The notes beneath the pieces are model-generated. The model ran no database searches, was not told where the DNA came from, and was given only the letters and a program-made list of their open reading frames with translations. A stretch of DNA of 64,000 nt from Nitrospirota bacterium. GTDB lineage: Bacteria > Nitrospirota > Nitrospiria > Nitrospirales > Nitrospiraceae. The position numbers and the translations under genes are program-made. Positions 43,308 to 53,369 of this stretch are shown here, piece by piece. Each line of letters opens with the position of its first letter. Within the stretch, counting starts at the first letter, position 1. The DNA is taken from assembly GCA_963701855.1 (NCBI GenBank), contig CAVPBK010000006.1, forward strand, positions 1,024,001-1,088,000. Direction: 5' to 3'.

Positions 43308-44480
43308 TCACTCAAACTGTCTCCGGAAACGCCACATGCCGAAGCCGAACAACGCTGCGCCAAGCACCGCCATCGCGAGCACTGCGTCCCACAAGATGCT
43401 CAAGCCAGCCCCCTTCAAAAGAATCCCGTGAGTGATCTCGATGAAATAGCGCAGAGGCGACAGCACCATGAGGCCACGAACCCATGCCGGCATGGCCTCC
43501 ATCGGCGCCATGAGGCCTGACAACAACAACATTGGGGCGACCACAAGCAGCGTCATCATACCCACTTGCGCTTGATTCCTCGCCAGCGTCGCGGCAGCCA
43601 ACCCCATGCCGGCAGTGGTGAAGACGAACAGGGCCGTGAGGCTGAAAAACAACGCGATGCTTCCTTTGATCGGCACCCCGAACACCGGCTGCATGATCCC
43701 GAACAGGCCGACCGCCGTGGCGCAGAGAATCACTACCGTCATCGACAGTACCTTGGGCAACATGATTTGCAACGGCGTCAATGGTGAGACCAATAGTTGC
43801 TCCACCGTGCCCCGCTCTTTCTCCCGAACCAGGGCTGCTGCGGGAAGTAGAATCGCAAAGATTGTAATCTGACGGAGGAGATGTGAGATGGACTCGAACC
43901 AGGCCTCGTTCTGGTCCGGGTTGTACCAGACCCGATAGTCGCTCTCGATCACCGGCAAGTTCTGTGACGACTCCTCTGAACTCCCGACTCGCGCCAGCGC
44001 AGTCTCCTGTCCGAACCGTGCAACGATCCGCGCACCATAGCTCGCGGCGGAAAGACCTTGCGGCGAGTTGGTCGTATCGACGAGCAGTTGCACCGCCGTG
44101 GGCTCCCCCGCCACGAGCTGTTCGTGGAAACGTGGCGGGATCTCCAAGATCGCCATCGCTTTGCCCAGGTCCAGCAGGCGAAGACCTTCTCGAGGATCGG
44201 CGATCTCCCCTTCCAGACGAAAGAAGGGAGCTTGGAAACTGTGAATGAGTTCACGCGACGAGAAGCTGTGGTCGGCGTCGTAAACCGCCAGACTCGCATT
44301 GTGCAGTTGTGACCGGAGGCCATTCCCTGTGATGTAAACCGCCAGCGTGAAGGAGTAAACGAGGAAGACGACGATCGGCACGTCCCGAAACAACTGAAGC
44401 ATCTCCTTTCGGGTCATCACTGCCAAACGACGCCACCAGATGACGGCGCGTTGTGAACTAGGTCCCCGCACAGACTTCAT
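43308..44480 (-). CDS. ABC-2 permease (YbhR-like)
   Basis: RKEMLQLFRD, WYNP, VREKERGTVEQLLVSP, SPLRYF, ILLKG. Confidence 0.9.
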   Translation of the reverse strand: MKSVRGPSSQRAVIWWRRLAVMTRKEMLQLFRDVPIVVFLVYSFTLAVYITGNGLRSQLHNASLAVYDADHSFSSRELIHSFQAPFFRLEGEIADPREGLRLLDLGKAMAILEIPPRFHEQLVAGEPTAVQLLVDTTNSPQGLSAASYGARIVARFGQETALARVGSSEESSQNLPVIESDYRVWYNPDQNEAWFESISHLLRQITIFAILLPAAALVREKERGTVEQLLVSPLTPLQIMLPKVLSMTVVILCATAVGLFGIMQPVFGVPIKGSIALFFSLTALFVFTTAGMGLAAATLARNQAQVGMMTLLVVAPMLLLSGLMAPMEAMPAWVRGLMVLSPLRYFIEITHGILLKGAGLSILWDAVLAMAVLGAALFGFGMWRFRRQFE

Positions 44481-45631
44481 GATCGTGGCCTCTTCGTAAA
44501 GAGCCGGTACCCGACGATTCGCAAGACCGCGGCGTACACGGCCAGGGCGAGGACGTCCACCCATAACACCTCAGGACCCACCCCTTTCAAAAACGCTCCG
44601 CGGACAATGTTGGTGTAGTACATGCCTGGAAACAGGTGAGCCTGGATCTGCGAGCCGGGACTCAGGGAGGAGACGGGAACAATCAGGCCGGAGTACAGGA
44701 TTGTCGGGAGGATGCTCACAACCATCGTAATGAGAAGGGCCGCGATCTGGGTACGGACCAGCAGCGACACGAGCAGGCCGATCCCGGTGCTGCTCAGCAC
44801 GAACACGAACGAGGCTGCGAGAAAGAACGGCAGGTTACCTTTAAACGGCACGCCGAACCATAGGGTGGCCATAACCCACAGGACCAGGGCGTTCACCCAG
44901 GAAATCAGCACATAGGGGAGCAGCTTGCCGGCGAGAAATTCGATCCGGGTCACCGTTGAGCTGTATATGTTATAAATGGAGCCGGTCTCTTTCTCTCGGA
45001 CGATCCCCAGCGCCGTCAACAAGGGAGACGAGAGCATCAAGGTAAACATTACAAGCGCCGGCACCATGGACCAGGTACTCCGAACCTCTTCGTTGTAGAG
45101 ATAGCGCACCTCCAGCTTGATGGGCCGTACCCGAACCTCGGCCTGTGGGCGGGAAATTCCACTTCGGCGGGAGAAGAACTCGATGAGCCTCTCTTCGCTG
45201 AAGGCGCTGTTGATGGCGATCACATAACCTTTGGTGATGTCCGTCCGAAGCGGAAACGTTCCATCAATCAGGGTCTGGATGCCGACCGGCTGCCCCGCCA
45301 GCAGGCGCTCCTCGAATTTCTCGGGAACAATGATGGCGGCCCTGATCTTGCCGCTCTGGAGCAAGGCATCGACCTCCCTCTCACTCGTGAGATAGCCCTG
45401 AAAACTGAAATAGCGCGACTCAAAAAAGCGATACAGATAATCACGGCTCAGGGCACTGCGGTCCCGATCCACCACAGCGAATGGGATGTTCTCCACATCC
45501 AGCACAAGCCCGTAGCCGAAGACCAGCATCCAGAGGATCGGCAGGAGGAATGCCAGAAGAAAAAACATCCGGTCCCGAACGGTCTCCCGCCATTCCTTGG
45601 AGGCCACTGCGGCAATTCGGCGCAGATTCAT
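44477..45631 (-). CDS. ABC-2 permease (YbhS-like)
   Basis: KEWRETVRDR, VREKETGSI, GKLLPY; ATGA overlaps with both neighbours. Confidence 0.9.
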   Translation of the reverse strand: MNLRRIAAVASKEWRETVRDRMFFLLAFLLPILWMLVFGYGLVLDVENIPFAVVDRDRSALSRDYLYRFFESRYFSFQGYLTSEREVDALLQSGKIRAAIIVPEKFEERLLAGQPVGIQTLIDGTFPLRTDITKGYVIAINSAFSEERLIEFFSRRSGISRPQAEVRVRPIKLEVRYLYNEEVRSTWSMVPALVMFTLMLSSPLLTALGIVREKETGSIYNIYSSTVTRIEFLAGKLLPYVLISWVNALVLWVMATLWFGVPFKGNLPFFLAASFVFVLSSTGIGLLVSLLVRTQIAALLITMVVSILPTILYSGLIVPVSSLSPGSQIQAHLFPGMYYTNIVRGAFLKGVGPEVLWVDVLALAVYAAVLRIVGYRLFTKRPRS

Positions 45632-47607
45632 ACGCTGTTCCCGGGTCTGGATGTGCGTTCCTGCTTTTCCAGCGCCATCACTTTGTACACGAAGACGTCC
45701 TCGAGACTGAGCGGCCGTGTTGTCACCGACTTGATTGTCACCCCGTTCGTCGCCAGTGTCTGGGAGACGCATTCCGCATCCCGCACCGTGTCACGGCAAA
45801 ACAAATGGATTCTTGTCCCAAAGAGGGCTGCCCCGTGAAAGCCCGCCCGCTGCAAATAGACCAACGCTTTGTCAGGCTGATCGGCAATGACTTCCAAGAG
45901 CTGCCCGGCTTCCTGCTGTACCTGACGCTTCATTTCACCCGGAGAGCCCTCGGTGACTACCCGACCCGCATACATGAGCGCGAGGCGATCGCAATGTTCC
46001 GCTTCGCTCATGTAGTGAGTGGTGATGAGAATTGCCACTCCCTCCTCCCGCGAGAGTTGGGACAAAATATCCCAGAAGTGCCGACGGCCAAGCGGATCCA
46101 CACCGGAGGTCGGCTCGTCCAGGAACAAGACGCGTGGGCGATGAACCAACGCGCAGCCTAGCGCAAGACGCTGGCGCACGCCCATCGGAAGACGGCCAGT
46201 CAGGTTGGACTCGTATCCGGCCAACCCCGCCATGCGAATGATCCACTCGAGCCGTTCACGCGTTTCTTGCTTGTCCAGACCATAGATGCCGGCAAAGAGC
46301 CGAATGTTCTCGACGACCGTGAGGTCGAGATAGAGCGAAAAGGCTTGCGACATGTAGCCGATCCGTTCCTTGATGACACCTCCGGCTTTGCGCATGTCCG
46401 CGCCCGCGACCCAGCCTTCACCCCCCGTCGGCGGGAAGATGCCGGTGAGCATTTTGATCACGGTCGTTTTCCCTGCACCGTTGGCTCCCAACAAGCCGAA
46501 GATCTCTCCTTGTTTGACCTGAAAACTGATTCGGTCGACCGCCCGGAAGGAATTGAAATCGCGGACGAGCTCTTTCGCTTCGATCGCCAGCCCGTCATGG
46601 TTCGCCTTCGTTGAGGAGTGAAGAAACACGCTGCCCGCTTCCTTGAGATGGCCCTCGCGAAGCAAGAGCGCCACGAACACATCTTCGAGATCCGGGTCAC
46701 CCACGCGGACATCGCCCGCCTCGATGTCGCCCAGACCGGCCGAAATGCGTTGCTTTGCCGTGGCGTGCTCTGTTTCTTCCGTGAAGACATGAATGAATGG
46801 CCCCTTGGCCTCGACCTGGGAGAACACCTTCTTGAGTCTGGTCAGTGCTTCGAGCTGAGGCGAGGCCCGGAACGTCACCACGCTGCCCGGCACCAGTGAT
46901 TGCACTTCAGACGGCGTGCCTGAGGTCAGGACACGTCCGTTCGATAAGAACGACAGCCGATGGAAACGCGCCGCTTCATCCATGTAGGCCGTGGACACCA
47001 GTGCGGTCATTCCGCGCTCCTGAACCAGTTCGGTCAGAATGGCCCAGAAGTCTCTACGGGACACCGGATCGACCCCTGTGGTGGGTTCGTCCAAAATCGC
47101 CAGTTCAGGTTCGTGAATCAGCGTGCAAATCAGTCCGAGCTTCTGCTTCATGCCGCCGGAGAGGTGTTTCATGGGACGATCTTGAAAGCGATCGAGGCGG
47201 GTCATGGCCAAGAGTCGGGCTTTGCGGTCAGCAAGGTCGCGTTCGGGCACGAGCCGCAGTCGGGCGAAGAAGTCGACATTTTCCTCAACTGAAAGCTCGG
47301 GATACAGATTGAGGCCGAGCCCTTGGGGCAGAAAGCCGAGGCGGTGCTTGATCTTTTCCGCAGCCGGCTCCGAGTCGACCTTGATCCCGAAGACCTCGAC
47401 CGCTCCGGCCTCGTAGGACAGCACTCCGGCAATCACCTTCATCAGACTGCTTTTGCCGGCCCCATCAGGTCCGATCAAGCCATAAATCTCCCCCTGGCGA
47501 ATCGACAGATCGATGCCTTGGACGGCCTTGTGTTTACGGTACTGCTTCGCCAAGGCAGTGACCCGAACGAGGGGCTGAGTCGTAGTCGTCTCTACTGACA
47601 CGCTCAT
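45628..47607 (-). CDS. ABC transporter ATPase with two NBDs (YbhF/RbbA-like)
   Basis: GPDGAGKS / LSGGMKQ / LDEPTTG and GANGAGKT / LPMG / LDEPTSG. Confidence 0.92.
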   Translation of the reverse strand: MSVSVETTTTQPLVRVTALAKQYRKHKAVQGIDLSIRQGEIYGLIGPDGAGKSSLMKVIAGVLSYEAGAVEVFGIKVDSEPAAEKIKHRLGFLPQGLGLNLYPELSVEENVDFFARLRLVPERDLADRKARLLAMTRLDRFQDRPMKHLSGGMKQKLGLICTLIHEPELAILDEPTTGVDPVSRRDFWAILTELVQERGMTALVSTAYMDEAARFHRLSFLSNGRVLTSGTPSEVQSLVPGSVVTFRASPQLEALTRLKKVFSQVEAKGPFIHVFTEETEHATAKQRISAGLGDIEAGDVRVGDPDLEDVFVALLLREGHLKEAGSVFLHSSTKANHDGLAIEAKELVRDFNSFRAVDRISFQVKQGEIFGLLGANGAGKTTVIKMLTGIFPPTGGEGWVAGADMRKAGGVIKERIGYMSQAFSLYLDLTVVENIRLFAGIYGLDKQETRERLEWIIRMAGLAGYESNLTGRLPMGVRQRLALGCALVHRPRVLFLDEPTSGVDPLGRRHFWDILSQLSREEGVAILITTHYMSEAEHCDRLALMYAGRVVTEGSPGEMKRQVQQEAGQLLEVIADQPDKALVYLQRAGFHGAALFGTRIHLFCRDTVRDAECVSQTLATNGVTIKSVTTRPLSLEDVFVYKVMALEKQERTSRPGNSV

Positions 47608-48722
47608 GATCTAGGTTTGACCCACGTCACATCGTCCTGCCAGCGAATGACCGCATCGGAAGGCAGGCCTGGCGTCAGCCGATGATCGGGATTGGCTATC
47701 AGGTACAGTTTCACGACATAAATGAGCTTCACGCGCTCGTCCGGCGTCTGAACCTCTTTCGGCGTGAATTCGGCCTGGGACGCGATGTAACGAACAGTCG
47801 CATCGAACGGCTGATCCGGAAAAGCGTCAGTATAGATGCGGGCCGGCAAGTCGAGCCGCAGCTTTCCAATCTGCACCTCCGGCACGTAGACTTTTAAGTA
47901 CAGGTGATCCAAATCAACCAACTCCAATAAAGGAGCGCCGGCTATCACCACTTCTCCTGTATCCACCATGCGGGTCGTGATCGTGCCACTCGTCGGCGCG
48001 ACAATGGTCAGATCGGCCAGGATACTCTCCGCCTCGGCCAATGCCGCCTCGGCTTGATCCCGCTGGCGCTCCCACGTTACCACCTCGTTTTCCTTGGTTC
48101 GGATACGTTTCCAACCCAGCTCCGTCTGCGCTAACTCCTTGACGGACTGTGTGAGTTTCGATCGGGCGGTAGTGATCTCGCTCTTGGCCACGCTCCATCG
48201 GGCCTCGGCTTGGTCAACCTGCTGTCGCGAGACCGCCTGTTCAGCGATGAGCGGCCGCATCCGTTCCACGTCACGGCGCGCCTCATCCTCCACAGCCCTG
48301 GCCTGGTCGACGGAGGCACGAGCGCTTGAGATGCCTGCATCGGCGGTTTCGATGGCCAGTGGCACTTCAAGATTCAGTACGGCCAAGGACGTGTGAGCGG
48401 CTTGGACCTGGGATTCAAGCGCCTCGAACCCGCGGCGAGCCTGCTCGACGCGGGTCCGAGTCTGCACATCGTCCAAACGGACAAGGACTTGGCCTGCGTG
48501 AACCGTGTCACCTTCTCGCGCGAGCAATTCCTGAACCCGCCCCGGGAACTTACTCGCGATCGTGATGTGGTCTCCCTCGATCCGGCCGTTCGCCTGAATC
48601 AATCCCTCGGGCAGGCCGTGCGAGATGACGAATCGCTGCACGGCATAGATGCCGGCGGCGACTACAATCAAGATAGGCGCGACGATCAAAACGGTTTTCC
48701 TGGACATGCCTGCGATGGACAA
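47604..48722 (-). CDS. HlyD-family membrane fusion protein (YbhG/YhiI-like)
   Basis: N-terminal TM, NGRIEG, AEFTPKEVQTPDER; start may be ATG 48707. Confidence 0.9.
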   Translation of the reverse strand: MSIAGMSRKTVLIVAPILIVVAAGIYAVQRFVISHGLPEGLIQANGRIEGDHITIASKFPGRVQELLAREGDTVHAGQVLVRLDDVQTRTRVEQARRGFEALESQVQAAHTSLAVLNLEVPLAIETADAGISSARASVDQARAVEDEARRDVERMRPLIAEQAVSRQQVDQAEARWSVAKSEITTARSKLTQSVKELAQTELGWKRIRTKENEVVTWERQRDQAEAALAEAESILADLTIVAPTSGTITTRMVDTGEVVIAGAPLLELVDLDHLYLKVYVPEVQIGKLRLDLPARIYTDAFPDQPFDATVRYIASQAEFTPKEVQTPDERVKLIYVVKLYLIANPDHRLTPGLPSDAVIRWQDDVTWVKPRS

Positions 48723-48763
48723 CCTTGTGAGTACCCGAAGGATTCAGATCATTGGCATCGTCT

Positions 48764-50197
48764 TCACTTGCTGGATTGTTCTAGTCTTGGGGATATGGGC
48801 ACGGCGCCATCAGTGGGGGTGGGCGACCAGCCACCGCCTAGGGCCTTGTAGAGTTGCACGATCGACACCAGATGAAGCCGATGGGTATCGGCCAAGGCCA
48901 ATTCCGTCACAAACAGGCTCCGCTGCGCGATGAGGACATCCAAATAGTTTGCCAAGCCGCCCTTGTATCGCAAATTGGCAAGATTCAAGGCCGACCGTAA
49001 GGCATTGACCTGTCTTTCCTGGGCGGCCGCCTGCTCACGGGCCGTGCTGACCCCCACCAACGCGTCTTCAACCTCCCTGAACGCGACGAGAACCGTTTGT
49101 TCATACTGGGCCACAGCCTGTTTGGCTTGGGCTTCGACGGCCTTCTGTTGAAACCCTAACGTTTGGGCATTCAACAAGGGGCCGGTCAGTACCGGGGCGA
49201 GGACTCCGAAACTGGTCGACGGCGACACAAAGTCCGTCAGGTGCGGACTCGCCACACCGAGAAGTCCCGTGAGCGACAGTTTGGGAAATCGTTCAGCTTT
49301 CGCCATCCCGATCCTGGCTGTGGCCGCAACCAATTGTTGCTCCGCCGCCACGACATCCGGTCGGCGTTGGAGCAATTCTGAGGGAAGACCGGCGGGCACC
49401 ACAGGCGGCATGATTTGTTCGGTCAGCGATCGTCCCCTGGCAATTTGACTGGGATTCCTTCCCAGCAGCACGCTGAGCTCGTTTTCTTTCTGAATCATCT
49501 GACGCTTCAGCTCCGCAATGCGAGCCGCGGCATTCTCCCGCTCCGCCTCGAATTGGTCAACATCCAGCTTGTTGATCAGTCCCTGCCGAAGCCGTGCTTG
49601 ACCGATTCTCACCGACTCCTCCCATGCCAGCAACGTGCGCTTGGCGATCTCCAACTGCATGTCGAATTGCCGAAGATCGAAATACGACTGTGCCACGCCA
49701 CCCACAATTTGCAGCGTGACGGCTCGTCGGTTCTCTTCTCGAGCCAAGAGTTCTGCCAGGCCTGCCTCATTTGCCCTGCGGATCCGCCCCCAGATATCCA
49801 TCTCCCAGGACAGAGATCCTTGCATATAATGGGCAAAGGGGCTGGGAAAACCGGGGAAGGTCACGCCGCCCAGGCGAGCGACGGGAAGATTGCCCGTCGC
49901 GCTGAGTTGAGGGGCAAAGTCCATTCGAGCCGTGTACAGGCGGGCCTGGAATTCGTCGATACTGGCGACCGCTCGTTTAAGATCTTTGTTCTCTTCGAGT
50001 GCGATACGGATCAAACGTCGGAGTTCTTCGTCCTGGTAGAGTTCCCACCACGGCATATTCGCCAGAGAAGGCAGATCTTTCGGCTCTTCAGCCATGCGAA
50101 AGGACTCGGAGATGGAAATGTCGGGACGTGAATAGTCGGGTCCCATCGCGCACGCGAACAAGAGCAACGAAAAGACTGCGAGGACGAGGCTGCGCAT
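48764..50197 (-). CDS. Outer-membrane efflux lipoprotein (NodT/OprM family)
   Basis: Lipobox LFAC-xxGPDY, GLPSELLQRRPDV, YLDVL, LYKALGGGW. Confidence 0.93.
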   Translation of the reverse strand: MRSLVLAVFSLLLFACAMGPDYSRPDISISESFRMAEEPKDLPSLANMPWWELYQDEELRRLIRIALEENKDLKRAVASIDEFQARLYTARMDFAPQLSATGNLPVARLGGVTFPGFPSPFAHYMQGSLSWEMDIWGRIRRANEAGLAELLAREENRRAVTLQIVGGVAQSYFDLRQFDMQLEIAKRTLLAWEESVRIGQARLRQGLINKLDVDQFEAERENAAARIAELKRQMIQKENELSVLLGRNPSQIARGRSLTEQIMPPVVPAGLPSELLQRRPDVVAAEQQLVAATARIGMAKAERFPKLSLTGLLGVASPHLTDFVSPSTSFGVLAPVLTGPLLNAQTLGFQQKAVEAQAKQAVAQYEQTVLVAFREVEDALVGVSTAREQAAAQERQVNALRSALNLANLRYKGGLANYLDVLIAQRSLFVTELALADTHRLHLVSIVQLYKALGGGWSPTPTDGAVPISPRLEQSSK

Positions 50198-50198
50198 A

Positions 50199-53100
50199 TC
50201 ACTCTCCTCCTTCTATCCCTAACGGAATTGAGCTTGTCCCGGGACGAGGACCCGCTTGATCGGCATCGCGCCGACTGAGTTTCCGCACCAGCACAAAAAA
50301 GAACGGCACGAAGTTGATGGCAAGGAACGTGGCAGCCACCATACCACCGAACACGCCGGTGCCAATGGAGTTACGACTCGCTGCGCCCGCGCCGGTGGCG
50401 AGCACTAATGGCACGACGCCCAGAATAAAGGCCATCGAGGTCATCACGATCGGCCGGTACCGGATCTTGGCGGCTTCCATCGCGGCATCGACCAGGGAGT
50501 ATCCGGCTTCGTAGCGTTTGTTCGCGAACTCGACGATCAGAATGGCGTTTTTGGCGGAGAGCCCGATCAGCGTGACCAATCCGATTTGGAAGTAGATATC
50601 GTTGCTCATCCCCATCACCCACACGGCGGACAAGGCTCCAAAAATACCAAAGGGCACGGCGAGGAGCACGGCAAACGGTACGGCCCAACTCTCATACTGC
50701 GCGGCCAGCACAAGAAACACCATCAGCAAGCCGAAGCCAAAGGCAAGCAATGATTGCTGCCCGACCATGCGTTCCTGGTAGGAGATCCCGCTCCAGTCGA
50801 TCCCATATCCTTGGGGAACCAGCACTTCCTTGGCCACCTGATCCAACGCATCGAGCACCTGTCCAGAACTGTATCCCGGAGCCGCCGCTCCCAAGACCAG
50901 GGCCGTGTTATAGCCGTTGAAATGGGTGACTGGATCCGGTCCACTCGTGAATTCCGTCGTCACCACGGTATCGAGTGGAATCATCGTGGATCTCTGTCCA
51001 GTCACGGCGCGCACGTAGATCTTGGCGACATCCTCTGGCGAGGATCGGAATTGTGCCTCGGCTTCCGTCTGCACCCGATAGACACGGCCGAATTTGAGGA
51101 AGTCATTAATGTAGAGATTGCCGAAATAGGCCTGCAGTGTGTCGAATACTTCGGAGATCGGCACACCCAGCGATTTGGCTCGTTCTCGATCCACATGGGC
51201 AAAGATTCGTGGGGCGCTCACGCGAAAACTGGAGCCGACCGCTCCGATCGCCGGGTGCTGTCTGGCCTTGACGAGAAACTCTTGGGTCACGCCGGCAAAC
51301 TTGTTGAAGTCCCCGCTGCTGGGATCTTGAAGCTGGAGGGAAAATCCGCCTGTGGCGCCGAGTCCTCGGATCGATGGGGCGTTAAAGGCCAAGATCAGCG
51401 CCTCAGGGATTTTTGCGAATTCTCCATACGCGGCGCCGATTAGGGCCTTCACGTGGTTCCGCGGTCCCTCTCGTTCGTCCCAGTGATGCAAGGGCAGAAA
51501 CATCGTCGCTGCGTTCGGCCCTCTGGTGCCGAAGACGAAGTTCTGGCCGGACAACGCATCGGTCGAATGGATCGCGGGAACCGAGAGAAAGTAGTTTTCA
51601 ATTTTACTCAGCACCGCATCGGTTCGTTGCTTCGATGCCCCATCCGGCAACTGGACGATCGTGATGAAGTAGCCCTGGTCTTCTTCCGGCAAGAAGCTGA
51701 AGGGAATCGTCTTAAACAGCCCGGCGGCGAAGAGGCCGATAATGCCAAAGAGCACCAATGATAAGACCGAGCGGTTGAGGAGCGTCCCCACGACGGCTGT
51801 ATAGCGAGCCTGCGTCCAACCGAATAATCGATTGAAGACACCGAAAAAGCCTCCACGCTGGCTGTGGCCTGGCTTCAGCACCAGGGAGCAGAGGGCTGGG
51901 CTGAGCGTGAGGGCGGTGATCCCGGAGATGATGACGGAGATGGCGATGGTGATGGCAAATTGCTTATAGAGCTCACCGGTAATCCCGCCCAAGAAAGCCA
52001 CCGGCACGAATACGGCGCAGAGTACCAGTACGATCGCGATCACTGGTCCACTGACCTCATCCATCGCCTTCTTGGCGGCATCCTTTGGCGAGAGACCCTC
52101 TCTGATGTGGCGCTCGACGTTCTCCACCACCACGATGGCGTCATCGACTACCATCCCGATGGCAAGGACCATCCCAAAGAGGGTGAGGGTGTTGATCGAA
52201 AATCCGAGTGCCTGCATGCCGGCAAAGGTACCGATGAGGGACACCGGCACGGCCACGCCCGGGATTAGCGTTGCGCGCCAACTTTGGAGAAACAGATACA
52301 CGACGAGGATGACCAGCACCATGGCTTGCGCCAGAGTTTTGACCACTTCTTTGATCGACACTTCGATAAATTTGGTCGTGTCGTACGGGATATCGTACGA
52401 GACCCCGTGGGGAAAACTCTTCGAGACCGTGTCCATTTCCTTCCTGACTCGCTTCACCGTGTCGAGGGCATTGGCACCCGGCGACAAGAAGGTCAAGAGA
52501 AACACGTTGGGTTTGCCGTTCCACCGGCCCTCGAGACTATAGGATTGAGCGCCCAGCTCGATCTTCGCGACATCTTTTAAGCGGATCATCGACCCGTCGG
52601 GGAGCGCCCTCACGATCATCTCCTCGAAATCCTTCACGTCCGTGAGACGGCCTTGTGTGATCACCGGGATCGTCAGTTCGGTACCCTTCGGCGCCGGTTC
52701 CCGCCCGATTGTCCCGGCAGGAAAGTCCCGATTTTGTTCGCGGACAACATTGGCAATGTCGGTCGGCGTGAGGCTGAGTTGCGCCATCCTGGTCGGGTTC
52801 AGGATCAGGCGCATCGAATAATTTTGCCCGCCAAAGACCACGGCGTCTCCGACGCCACGTATTCGTTTGAGATTATCGATGACGTTGAGGAGCGCATAGT
52901 TGGAGACGAAGACCGTATCTTTCGTGGGGTCGCTGGAACTGAGCGCCACGACCGCCAGCAGGTCCGGCGACACTTTCTTGACCGAAATGCCTTGACGGAC
53001 AACTTCGGGCGGCAACTGGGGCTCCGCCAGCTTCTGGCGGTTCTGAGTCTGTACCTGCGCGATGTCCACGTTCGTCCCGATCTCGAACGTGAGCTTGATG

Positions 53101-53369
53101 GTCATGTGCCCGTCATTGGTGCTGGTGGAATCGTAGTACAGAAGGTTGTCGATGCCGGGAAGCTGCACTTCGATCGGCCGCGCGACTGAATCTGCGATCA
53201 CCTCCGCGCTCGCTCCCGGATAGTCCGCATCGATCTGGATGACGGGCGGCGTGATTTCCGGAAACTGGGCGATCGGTAAGCCTTGTAAAGAGACCAATCC
53301 CAGGACGACAATCACGACGGACAGGACCGAAGCGAAGATCGGCCGATCGATAAAAAAGTGCGGGATCAT
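50199..53369 (-). CDS. RND efflux permease (AcrB/BepE HAE1 type)
   Basis: [46 protein letters not shown]. Confidence 0.93.
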   Translation of the reverse strand: MIPHFFIDRPIFASVLSVVIVVLGLVSLQGLPIAQFPEITPPVIQIDADYPGASAEVIADSVARPIEVQLPGIDNLLYYDSTSTNDGHMTIKLTFEIGTNVDIAQVQTQNRQKLAEPQLPPEVVRQGISVKKVSPDLLAVVALSSSDPTKDTVFVSNYALLNVIDNLKRIRGVGDAVVFGGQNYSMRLILNPTRMAQLSLTPTDIANVVREQNRDFPAGTIGREPAPKGTELTIPVITQGRLTDVKDFEEMIVRALPDGSMIRLKDVAKIELGAQSYSLEGRWNGKPNVFLLTFLSPGANALDTVKRVRKEMDTVSKSFPHGVSYDIPYDTTKFIEVSIKEVVKTLAQAMVLVILVVYLFLQSWRATLIPGVAVPVSLIGTFAGMQALGFSINTLTLFGMVLAIGMVVDDAIVVVENVERHIREGLSPKDAAKKAMDEVSGPVIAIVLVLCAVFVPVAFLGGITGELYKQFAITIAISVIISGITALTLSPALCSLVLKPGHSQRGGFFGVFNRLFGWTQARYTAVVGTLLNRSVLSLVLFGIIGLFAAGLFKTIPFSFLPEEDQGYFITIVQLPDGASKQRTDAVLSKIENYFLSVPAIHSTDALSGQNFVFGTRGPNAATMFLPLHHWDEREGPRNHVKALIGAAYGEFAKIPEALILAFNAPSIRGLGATGGFSLQLQDPSSGDFNKFAGVTQEFLVKARQHPAIGAVGSSFRVSAPRIFAHVDRERAKSLGVPISEVFDTLQAYFGNLYINDFLKFGRVYRVQTEAEAQFRSSPEDVAKIYVRAVTGQRSTMIPLDTVVTTEFTSGPDPVTHFNGYNTALVLGAAAPGYSSGQVLDALDQVAKEVLVPQGYGIDWSGISYQERMVGQQSLLAFGFGLLMVFLVLAAQYESWAVPFAVLLAVPFGIFGALSAVWVMGMSNDIYFQIGLVTLIGLSAKNAILIVEFANKRYEAGYSLVDAAMEAAKIRYRPIVMTSMAFILGVVPLVLATGAGAASRNSIGTGVFGGMVAATFLAINFVPFFFVLVRKLSRRDADQAGPRPGTSSIPLGIEGGE

